Origin: Nostoc sp.
GTDB lineage: Bacteria > Cyanobacteriota > Cyanobacteriia > Cyanobacteriales > Nostocaceae
DNA: 64,000 nucleotides
Direction of reading: 5' to 3'
Assembly: GCA_036918135.1 (NCBI GenBank)
Contig: JBALDB010000054.1
Location: 64,001-128,000, forward strand
Below, piece after piece: positions 18,067 to 26,804 of the stretch (position 1 is its first letter; each line of letters starts with the position of its first letter). Below the pieces are notes generated by a model. That model saw only the letters and a list, made by a program, of their open reading frames with translations. It searched no databases and was not told where the DNA came from. The position numbers were made by a program, and so were the translations under genes.

Positions 18067-18101
18067 ACTACTTCCGCCAACAATATTTTGGTGGAAGTAG
18101 T
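18067..18101. terminator. Hairpin downstream of the catalase-like gene
   Basis: ACTACTTCCGCCAA...TTGGTGGAAGTAGT inverted repeat 13 nt after the stop codon. Confidence 0.55.
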
Positions 18102-18113
18102 TGACAAGTAAGA

Positions 18114-19169
18114 TTATTCAGGATCGTCCAAAACTGAACTGTGTGCTTGCGGCTCTTCGATACGGTGTTGTGCGTATTTCCGTCGAGCCTTGACGATCTC
18201 TTGATAAACTTTTTTGCGAGCTAAGTTGACGCTACCTAGAGGTTCGTGTTCGGGCAGGGTGTGCCAAGCCATGAACGATAGACCCTCATCCAGTCGCTTC
18301 CGCTCCTCGAAGTCAAATTTCTGAGCGGGAACTGTGATGGTTGCAAGCTTAATAAACGGTGAATCTTCCTCCTTCCACTCGTGCATGGGATTTTCAATGG
18401 GAGTTTTTTCATCGTCAACGTACAGCTGTACCAAGAAGTCAAAGGTTGCATCTTTGCCGTTTTCTGTGAGGTATTCGACGACTGCCTCGCGCAAGTAAGT
18501 CGCGGAAGTAGGGGTTGCACCCGGAGTATCTTGCTCATGAGGTTTTACAGAAAACTTGATGGACACAGAGCCAAGTTTATAAGGAGTAGTACTCCAATAC
18601 TGGATCAGCAGCGGATTTGCCACTTGTTTGCTCGTAACCTCTTTAAGGACTTCAAACGTGGGTTGTAGCGATCGCAGTTCTTCTTCATTTGCCTGACCAA
18701 CGCTTGCTTTTGTTAAGTTGGCAAACCCTTGGGCATCGCGGACAAAGAACACCGGATGATTAATCAGCAAAAAGTCTTGGGTTTCCTGCTCATCATCCAG
18801 CACTTTTTCACCCTCTACCTGTAAGAGTTTAATAGCAAACGCCCGAACATCGGGATCGAGGTCTGACGCGAGTTTACCGCGCTTTTGTGCAGAGGAAGCG
18901 TTGGAGAGCCTCATCCAAAGCGGAAAAGTTTTAGGCTGGGCAAAGACACCGACCTTCAACGATTGCGGAATATCTTCCTCAACTTTGAACTCTCCCCAAA
19001 CTAAGGCATGACTTTTAGGATGGTCTTTTCGCAGGTCTGGGCCTTTCTCGGCTTGAACTTTGAGATCGATATCCACGATCGTATCAGTAGCCGCTTCTTG
19101 GGCAGCAGTGTTCAGTATGGTATCAGTAGCTACTTCTTCGACAGCAGTGGATAGATTAGATTGGCTCAT
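18114..19169 (-). CDS. Short catalase-related heme protein
   Basis: HPKSH distal His, RLSN, QDFLLINHPVF and PLGSVNLARKKVY (proximal Tyr). Confidence 0.85.
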   Translation of the reverse strand: MSQSNLSTAVEEVATDTILNTAAQEAATDTIVDIDLKVQAEKGPDLRKDHPKSHALVWGEFKVEEDIPQSLKVGVFAQPKTFPLWMRLSNASSAQKRGKLASDLDPDVRAFAIKLLQVEGEKVLDDEQETQDFLLINHPVFFVRDAQGFANLTKASVGQANEEELRSLQPTFEVLKEVTSKQVANPLLIQYWSTTPYKLGSVSIKFSVKPHEQDTPGATPTSATYLREAVVEYLTENGKDATFDFLVQLYVDDEKTPIENPMHEWKEEDSPFIKLATITVPAQKFDFEERKRLDEGLSFMAWHTLPEHEPLGSVNLARKKVYQEIVKARRKYAQHRIEEPQAHSSVLDDPE

Positions 19170-19319
19170 GGTTCTTTCTCCTTATTGTGAGTGTTTCAAG
19201 ACTGAGAAAATGAGGGTTACAGATGGGACTTTATAAACCCTAACTAGTTTGTCGATTGCTAGTTTGCAGTGCTGTTTCCTCCAGTGTTGCAATCTATGGG
19301 AACAATGATACTTCCTAAC

Positions 19320-19970
19320 TCATATACCCTCAAACGTGACGTTTTTCTCCACCGCCTCACGGCTTATATGCAAATGATTAGCGGGAAAATCAGGATCGGA
19401 ATAACCAACAGCTAAACCACAAATGATTGATAATTCTGGTGGAATGTTCAACTGGCTGCGGATAATTTCTGGATAAGCTGCTAGCGAAACTTCTACGCAG
19501 GTATCAATGCCGCGAGCTGTTAAGCTCAACACCAGCGTTTGTAAATACATTCCCACACTCAAAGCATCCGCAACACCCAAATCTTGGTGCATACAGACGA
19601 TACCAACCACTGGTGCGCCAAAAAATTCGTAATTACGCAGAAGGGCTAGCTGTCTATTCTCTTTATCGTCACGAGCAATCCCCATAGCTCCATAGACTTG
19701 CGCGCCTAGTTCTTGGCGGTAATGCTGGAAGGCTTCCGGCAGCCCAAAGCTGTAGGGCAGCTGCTGCTTAGCTTGGTTTAGCAAAGCCTCTTGCAGACCA
19801 TCTCGGCGTTCACCTTGGGCAAACACCAACCGCCACGGCTGGATGTTTGAATTTGACGGCGCAAGCTGCGCTAGAGCGAGGGCTTCATCGAGCAAAGCCC
19901 GTGGCACTGGTTGGGATAAGAATTTGCGTGTTGAGTGTCGGTTTTTGATAGCTTGCTCAAGATCAAACAT
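19320..19970 (-). CDS. Nitroreductase family protein
   Basis: RHSTRKF, APSNSNIQPW and FFGAP motifs. Confidence 0.9.
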   Translation of the reverse strand: MFDLEQAIKNRHSTRKFLSQPVPRALLDEALALAQLAPSNSNIQPWRLVFAQGERRDGLQEALLNQAKQQLPYSFGLPEAFQHYRQELGAQVYGAMGIARDDKENRQLALLRNYEFFGAPVVGIVCMHQDLGVADALSVGMYLQTLVLSLTARGIDTCVEVSLAAYPEIIRSQLNIPPELSIICGLAVGYSDPDFPANHLHISREAVEKNVTFEGI

Positions 19971-20081
19971 AATTTTATCAACCTTTAGCAATAGTTATTT
20001 AAATGTCTAAATCTTTTTGTAAGCTAGAAGCGACTCTGTTACGACGACGTAGTAGAATACTGGCGGCGATCGCTTTGTGAG

Positions 20082-21020
20082 TTAGCTTGCATAAGCAACA
20101 GCAGTGTCAACCATCCATTCCAAAGGTCGTGGCTGAAAATTTAATTCGCGTTTTGCCTTGGCATTCGATGCGCCTCGCATCTGAGTTCCGTAGTAAACGG
20201 CATCCGCACCACCAATTCGCAGAGCATCTTCAACTGATATCTGCGGAGGCGGCGGCGCATTGAGCCATTGGGCAAAAGCAGAGAGCCATTCGCGCACCTC
20301 TAAGGGTCGATCGCCTGCAATCAGATAAATGCCAGGATTACCTCGCTCTGCTGCTGCAACTGTAGCGATTGCCGCATCGTCAATGTGTAACCACGACCAC
20401 ACACCTTCGCCATTCCCGACAATCGGGAATTGTTGCTGGCGCACCTGTCGAGCAACGTCGCCATCGGGGGCAAACCAAGTACCAGGGCCGTAGAAGAAGC
20501 CATAACGCAAGGCAATTCCCTCTAGGTTGGGCGTTTCGAGTAAGCGACGCTCAATTTCAGTGACCGTGCGAGCATCTGCTGCAACTGCGGCTGAAGCATC
20601 TAAAGATAGGGGTGTTTCTTCATCTGCCAATCCTGCACCGGGAACTCCCCAGAATGCGATCGACTGTCTCAAGTAACGACGCACGCCTGCCGCTTGCGCT
20701 GCTGCCAGCACATTAGCACCCCCTTCTTTACGGATGCGAGTGTTCGGGGTTGCTGCGGCACTCATCGACTCGCCTGTGTAGGTTTTGGGTAGAGCGGTGA
20801 GTTGTTCGATAACTACTTCCGGTTGAGCGCGAATTACAGCAGCTTTGACAGCTTCTACATCGAATACATCTGCGATCGCCAATTCCACACCTTGTTCGGC
20901 TAAAGTTTGTGTTTTTTCTGGAGAACGGGTCAACGCAACTACATCATGTCCTTGCGCCAGCAATTGTGCGATTAGCGGACGGCCAATGGCTCCTGTTGCG
21001 CCTGCAACAAAAATTTTCAT
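20082..21020 (-). CDS. NAD-dependent epimerase/dehydratase family
   Basis: GATGAIG, LRYGFFYGPG and HIDDAA motifs, with an AGGAGG RBS. Confidence 0.88.
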   Translation of the reverse strand: MKIFVAGATGAIGRPLIAQLLAQGHDVVALTRSPEKTQTLAEQGVELAIADVFDVEAVKAAVIRAQPEVVIEQLTALPKTYTGESMSAAATPNTRIRKEGGANVLAAAQAAGVRRYLRQSIAFWGVPGAGLADEETPLSLDASAAVAADARTVTEIERRLLETPNLEGIALRYGFFYGPGTWFAPDGDVARQVRQQQFPIVGNGEGVWSWLHIDDAAIATVAAAERGNPGIYLIAGDRPLEVREWLSAFAQWLNAPPPPQISVEDALRIGGADAVYYGTQMRGASNAKAKRELNFQPRPLEWMVDTAVAYAS

Positions 21021-21066
21021 TTGCGAACCTCCTATTAAAGCTGTAAACATTTACATTTTGTTTAAC

Positions 21067-21453
21067 TTATGCTATAGCGGCTTTCATTACATCAGTGTCG
21101 ATGTAAACTTCTAGTCGCACAATTTTCTCTTTTTGAATTGTCCAGATATGAGCTAGGTTACAACTAAATTTTTTTCCAGTTTGCTTTGCTACGCCACTCG
21201 TTTTGCCAATCGCAACGGTTTTATCGCCAGCTTGAATGTAATTAGATATCTCGACTGAAGAATCAATCAAAGGAGAAAACTTGGAGAAAAAAACCTTGCT
21301 CTCATCAAAGCCACAATAGTGACCGCCCCAAGGGAGTTCTTCAGTTTGATAAAACTCAACATCAGGAGACATTAAAGAAAAATAACTAGGAACATCTTTT
21401 TCGTTCAGGTAAATGTAGGCCTGCTTGACAATTTCTAGAGAGTTTACTGGCAT
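21067..21453 (-). CDS. NTF2/SnoaL-like protein
   Basis: LPWGGHY.G, HIWT and Y.DT motifs. Confidence 0.8.
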   Translation of the reverse strand: MPVNSLEIVKQAYIYLNEKDVPSYFSLMSPDVEFYQTEELPWGGHYCGFDESKVFFSKFSPLIDSSVEISNYIQAGDKTVAIGKTSGVAKQTGKKFSCNLAHIWTIQKEKIVRLEVYIDTDVMKAAIA

Positions 21454-21682
21454 ACTTTAGCATCCTTTAAACATCATAGAATCTGTTATTAAAGCAAATC
21501 TTTATTGATTTGCGATCGCATTTGGCTTCTGACAAAAATATTTTCTGTACTTACCAAGAGAATCGGTAATCCAATAGATACTTGTACAATTGCTTCATTC
21601 GTCTAATTATTACTCACTACATTCAAGATGAACAAAACAAGCGTTACTGCAATCACTATCACAGGGAAGCAAGGCATCATTT

Positions 21683-22114
21683 CTAATATTTCAAGTTCCC
21701 ATTTTCGTTGCGGATTCCTTTAATCTCTATTTTGCTTAAGACCGCTTCTTGTCTATTAATTTTGGCGCAGGTACCAATTAATTCATTACCTACAACTGTC
21801 GCACTATAGCAACTAGCTTGGAAAGAAGCAGGAGAATTTCTACCATTATCTACTAAAAATCCATCTTGATTGTCTATTCCTCTTAATACAATATGAGCTT
21901 TATTTTCCGTACCATCTATTTTTTTACAAATAGCATAAAGCACATTTGATTTTATACTCATATTTCTGCAAGTATATTGGAAAGTACTAGGGGAACGCGC
22001 AAAAGCAGGACTTGCTACTGTGGCTGTTAGTAAAGTTAGACCAACAACAGCAGTAATACGAAAATAAAATTGTTCAAAATTACTTGTTCTCTTGGTTATA
22101 GTTGTTGTCGTCAT
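21683..22114 (-). CDS. Secreted cyanovirin-N (CVNH) family lectin
   Basis: Signal peptide (..ASPAFA) followed by two CVNH repeats: STFQYTC...C...GIDNQDGFL and ASFQASC...C...GIRNENGNL. Confidence 0.8.
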   Translation of the reverse strand: MTTTTITKRTSNFEQFYFRITAVVGLTLLTATVASPAFARSPSTFQYTCRNMSIKSNVLYAICKKIDGTENKAHIVLRGIDNQDGFLVDNGRNSPASFQASCYSATVVGNELIGTCAKINRQEAVLSKIEIKGIRNENGNLKY

Positions 22115-22608
22115 GTGTTTTCTCCTTGAGCAATAATATGACTTATACTAATTCTCCAAAATGGAGCAACAAATATAAGCTTTAAAACTTTGATTGACTC
22201 TGAGTAATTCATAAATTGGGTAGTCTGTTAAGGCTCTATTTTTAGACATAAATCATTCCTCTGGCTTCTTATACTGCCTAACGAGTATTAATTGAATTTG
22301 AAATGTCTATATACTTAGAGTTATTGAAACATAATCAATTTAGATGTGAGATATCACAGTTCAGATAACATATATTGTTTATCTGATGACGTGAAACTTC
22401 AGTTCTATAAATCTATGGGTGTAGGTAAATTGAAATTATGCAGCTAGTGAGAAAAAATTTCTTTATACATCGTCGTAGCGCACAGGAGCGGTAACAGCCT
22501 TCTTCTACAGTAAGCTTTTTATTGAAGATGGCGAATTGTAACTTTGAGTTCTAATTGGGGAAGATAATAACTTTACTACAAAACACTCTGTGTATTCATA
22601 CTCTTTTT

Positions 22609-22743
22609 TACAGCAGTTTTCATTTGCATGAAGTACAAAGTTACGGGTTTTGAGGCAGGAGGCAGGAGGCAGAAGGTAGAAACTCTTTATATTTGATGAA
22701 TCAGTCCTACATTTTGTACCTCACTCACTTGCAATCTGCTTTA
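22609..22743. mobile_element. TACAGCAG-family MITE
   Basis: An inverted homologue lies at 51927-52050. Internal GGCAGGA repeats. Confidence 0.7.
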
Positions 22744-22984
22744 AACCAAGTATTGACTTTGAAGATAGTCTCTAATGAATTTAAACAAAAAGATAGCTCA
22801 AATAAATTACAGTTATCAACAGTCTAAAACACTGCTATCTGTCAACTCATCTTGTAAAGAAAATCTAATATTTATTTGCAATTGCTGAGTAATCTACTGT
22901 AATCTTTATGCTTAAAGTATTTTGTTGATGTGGGAACTGCGCTGAACATTTTTGTTCGAGCATCGCTGGAGGCAAGACAGCAAG

Positions 22985-25900
22985 ATGAGCCAGTGGCGTC
23001 TAAATCTATGGCTTGTGATATGCAGTATGTGGATACTGGGTTGCAATCGACCTACCGCTGCTCAAGTGATTCCCGATAACACCCTGCCTGCGGGGGAGCG
23101 AACGCAAGTTTCTGGCAATCCCAATTTCCAAATTGACGGCGGGACGAGGCGAGGTGGCAATTTGTTCCACAGCTTCCAATCGTTTTCTGTGCCCACTGGA
23201 GGCTCTGCCTACTTCAACAATGCCGCAGATGTGCAAAACATTTTCAGCCGCGTCACAGGTAGGTCAATTTCCAATATTGATGGTGTGATTAAAGCAAATG
23301 GCACGGCGAATCTATTTTTGCTTAATCCCAATGGCATTGTGTTTAGTACGGGGGCTTCACTCAACATCGGCGGTTCCTTTGTTGCCACAACTGCTAATGC
23401 GATCGCCTTTCCCAATGGTGAAGTTTTCAGCAGCAATGCAACTCAACCTTTACCCAGTCAATTGCTAACCATTAATCCTAATGCTTTTTTCTTTAACCAA
23501 GTGAAGCCACAGCCGATTATTTATCAATCTGATATGAGTTTACAAGTTCCTTCTAGACAAAACCTATTGCTGATTGGAGGGCCTATTCAATTTGATCGCG
23601 GAAACTATGGTGGACGAGCAATTAGTAGTGGAAGCTATGTCGAATTAGCGAGTATCGGTGGGTTAGGAACTGTTGATTTATCAACTAAGAGCGAAGATTG
23701 GCAATTAACTATACCCGATGGAGTGACCAGAGCAGATGTATCCTTAACGAATGGTAGTGGTATTTACGTTCAAGGAGCCAGTGGCAGTATTAGAATTCTT
23801 GCACATAACATTGATATCTCTGGAGGTGAACTTAGAATTGAAATTCCGAGCGATTCGAGATTAGCTGATAGCAAAACCGGAGATCTAGATCTGAATGCAA
23901 CTGGCTCGATCGCAATTAGCGATTTTGGCTCCTTGGACAACTGGTTATTTGGACAGGGAACTATGGGTAGTATCAATTTGACAGCAGGCGATCGCGTCTC
24001 TTTGGATGGTAGTGAGGTACAGAATATTCTAGAAGATACTGGTGTGGGTAACGTTGGCAACATCAACATTATTACAGGGTCACTTTCTCTAACAAGAGGC
24101 ACTGTACTGTATTCCGAGATGCGCGGACAGGGGAACGTAGGCAGCGTGAATATTAATGCCCGCGATCGCATTTCTCTGGTTAGCAGTGCTGTAGTCAATG
24201 ATGTATTCAATCCCCTGAAACCAACCAATATTGGTAAAGTTGGCGATATTAACATCACTACAGGGTCGCTTTCTCTGACGAAGGCTCGACTGTTTGCTAG
24301 CATGTGGGGACAAGGAAGTACAGGCAACGTAAATATCAATGTCCGCGATGCCGTTTATTTGGATGATAGTGGTGTATACAATTCCTTGGTAGAAGGCATA
24401 GGTAAAGTTGGCGATATCAACATCACTACAGGGTCGCTTTCTCTTAGCAATGGTGCTCAACTGTATTCCAACACGTATGGACAGGGAAATGCAGGCAGCG
24501 TGAATATCAATGCCCGCGATCGCGTTTCCTTAGATGGTCAAGAATCTTATTCATTTTTCATCACCTCTAGTAGTATCTTTACCCAAGTGGGTCAAGGCAG
24601 CGTCGGTAAAGGCGGAGATGTGGCGATTGCAACTGACTCACTGTTTTTGACCAACGGGGGTGCTGTGAATACCTCTAATGAAGGTGGAATTGGCGATGCC
24701 GGTCGTGTCACCATTCAGGCGCGTGATGTCCAGATTAATGGAACCTCCCCGACTCGAATTAACTCTCGTGGTGAGCGTACCGACTACTACCGCAGTGGAG
24801 TGTTTACCTCCACAACAGCAGGATCTGTGGGAAGCGGAGGCGATGTCAGCATCAATACAGACTCACTCTCGGTTTCCAACCAGGGGAGAATTGACACGAA
24901 CGCTCAGGGGCAAGGCAAGGCCGGGAATATCCAGATTCAGGCAAAAGATACTGTCTCATTTGATGGGGGAGATGCCATCAGCACGCTCTCGCCAAGTGGA
25001 GTTGGCACAGGAGGCGATATTGATATTACAGCGCGATCGCTCTCACTGCTCAATGGCTCTCAACTGGCTGCTTCCACCGCTGGGTCTGGAAATGCTGGTA
25101 ATATCACCGTCAGTGCAAACGCAGTGGGTTTGAGTAGCGGCGGGCAACTGCTGACTACGACTTCTAGTAGCGGTCGTGCTGGCGACATCACAATTAATAC
25201 TCCAGACCTGCAACTAAGTGGGGCAACCAGTGGTTTATTTGCCGATACCACCAGTACAGCAGATGCTGGCAACTTGATTATTCAGCCACGGGGGAACGCG
25301 CAAAGTGTCAGGGTGAACCTTCAAGATGGCGCACAAGTCTCTGCCTCCACTAAGGCCAGCGGTCAAGGGGGAACGTTAACTATTACTGCCCCAGAGTCGA
25401 TTACTCTCACAGGCGACGGTTCAATCATTGCCGCTGGTACGGCTGGCAGCGGTCAGGGTGGGGACTTAAATCTCCAAACAGGAACCCTCAGCATTCAAAA
25501 CCAGGCAGAAGTGACGGTCAGCAGTTCGGGCACAGGCAGTGCCGGTTCGTTGTCTGTGGATGCCAATCGCATCTATCTCAACAATCAAGGCAGTATCCGA
25601 GCTGACACCACAGGCGGTGGAGGAAATATCTTTTTACATACTCCCTTGTTACTATTACGCAATGGCAGTGCCATTACTACCAACGCCACTGGTGAAAATA
25701 TCCCTGGGGGTGACATCAACATTGATGCGGCAAATGGTTTCATCATTGCTGTTCCTCAAGAAAATAGCGATATCAGCGCTAATTCCTTAGACTTTCGTGG
25801 TGGTAATGTAAACATCAATGCTCAAGCGATTTATGGAACTCAGTTTCGTGAGACACCAACAAGTGCAAGTGATATCACTGCCACAGGGGTAAGTCCGCAG

Positions 25901-26392
25901 TTGAATGGCTCAGTGCAAGTCAACACATTAGATATAGATCCCAACAACGGATTAGTGGAATTGCCAGCCAATTTTGTAGACCGCTCTAGTTTGATTGCTC
26001 AAGGTTGTCCAGCCTCTAAAGACAATTCGTTTACCATCACCGGACGCGGAGGTTTGCCACCTCTGCCAACCCAAGCGCTTCACCCTAATCAAACTGCAAC
26101 TGTTGATTGGGTGACATTGAATCCTCAAGAACAAAAAAGCACAACTGTAGGCGAGAATTCACACTTAAGTCGGAGTCTGGGGCGCAAAAGTCCTCAATTA
26201 GAAGTTCCACAAATCAGCCCGACTATCGTCGAAGCTACTGGTTGGGTAATGAATAGGTCTGGCAAGGTGCAGCTAACAGCCTCTATACCCATAGCTAATG
26301 ATACCAACACTTTTATTTCAGCGATCGCCTCCAGCGGGTCTTCTCTCCGAGACGCTACGCGAACACCCATTGCAGCTTGTCCAAATTCATAG
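22985..26392 (+). CDS. Filamentous haemagglutinin N-terminal-domain (TpsA-like) beta-helix exoprotein 1
   Basis: NLFHSF, NIFSRVTG and LLNPNGI secretion-domain motifs, Gly/Asn-rich repeats, and an ENSDISAN...TGRGGLP C-terminus. Confidence 0.92.
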   Translation: MSQWRLNLWLVICSMWILGCNRPTAAQVIPDNTLPAGERTQVSGNPNFQIDGGTRRGGNLFHSFQSFSVPTGGSAYFNNAADVQNIFSRVTGRSISNIDGVIKANGTANLFLLNPNGIVFSTGASLNIGGSFVATTANAIAFPNGEVFSSNATQPLPSQLLTINPNAFFFNQVKPQPIIYQSDMSLQVPSRQNLLLIGGPIQFDRGNYGGRAISSGSYVELASIGGLGTVDLSTKSEDWQLTIPDGVTRADVSLTNGSGIYVQGASGSIRILAHNIDISGGELRIEIPSDSRLADSKTGDLDLNATGSIAISDFGSLDNWLFGQGTMGSINLTAGDRVSLDGSEVQNILEDTGVGNVGNINIITGSLSLTRGTVLYSEMRGQGNVGSVNINARDRISLVSSAVVNDVFNPLKPTNIGKVGDINITTGSLSLTKARLFASMWGQGSTGNVNINVRDAVYLDDSGVYNSLVEGIGKVGDINITTGSLSLSNGAQLYSNTYGQGNAGSVNINARDRVSLDGQESYSFFITSSSIFTQVGQGSVGKGGDVAIATDSLFLTNGGAVNTSNEGGIGDAGRVTIQARDVQINGTSPTRINSRGERTDYYRSGVFTSTTAGSVGSGGDVSINTDSLSVSNQGRIDTNAQGQGKAGNIQIQAKDTVSFDGGDAISTLSPSGVGTGGDIDITARSLSLLNGSQLAASTAGSGNAGNITVSANAVGLSSGGQLLTTTSSSGRAGDITINTPDLQLSGATSGLFADTTSTADAGNLIIQPRGNAQSVRVNLQDGAQVSASTKASGQGGTLTITAPESITLTGDGSIIAAGTAGSGQGGDLNLQTGTLSIQNQAEVTVSSSGTGSAGSLSVDANRIYLNNQGSIRADTTGGGGNIFLHTPLLLLRNGSAITTNATGENIPGGDINIDAANGFIIAVPQENSDISANSLDFRGGNVNINAQAIYGTQFRETPTSASDITATGVSPQLNGSVQVNTLDIDPNNGLVELPANFVDRSSLIAQGCPASKDNSFTITGRGGLPPLPTQALHPNQTATVDWVTLNPQEQKSTTVGENSHLSRSLGRKSPQLEVPQISPTIVEATGWVMNRSGKVQLTASIPIANDTNTFISAIASSGSSLRDATRTPIAACPNS
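26329..26373. repeat. 45-bp in-frame SDR-type insertion at a HIP1 site
   Basis: It follows GCGATCGC (26321-26328), ends in ATTGC and contains TCTCTCCGAGACGCTACGCGAAC. It is absent at the equivalent position of the paralogue. Confidence 0.65.
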
Positions 26393-26804
26393 GTCAGTAA
26401 GCAAAAAACTTTTGTGATTTTTCTTCTTTAGACAATACTGTTTATTTTTCCCAGATTTCGTACTACTTAACGGAGTAACTTACTACAACACATGTTAAAA
26501 ATATTACGAACTGCTTTTTTCAACTTTTGACTTGAAAATTTTAATTTTACAAAGCATTGCTTAAGCTTTGTTACATTGAAATTTATAATACTATTAATCT
26601 TGATAATTTTGATATGAACTCTTTTGAATTAAGTCAACCGATATCGAATGTATTAATCAGAAATTTAGCTGCTATTTATTCATTTCAGACAAATAATAGA
26701 TAAAACAATTTTATCGAAAGACTTAAATTTTTTGTGGTGAGCTTTTGAAGATTATCAAGTGAAATACGCAATCCAAGAATTGCATAAAAATTATCTGAAA
26801 GGCA

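Noticed and set aside
4690..22114. Integron or prophage interpretation of the co-oriented gene array
   Set aside because: There is no integrase or phage gene and no regular attC-like site between genes. The only recurring delimiters found are crp fragments and generic MITEs.
22345..22358. TGTGA-GATA-TCACA as a CRP site
   Set aside because: The spacer is 4 nt rather than the canonical 6, and it is a single occurrence, so it is not supportable.
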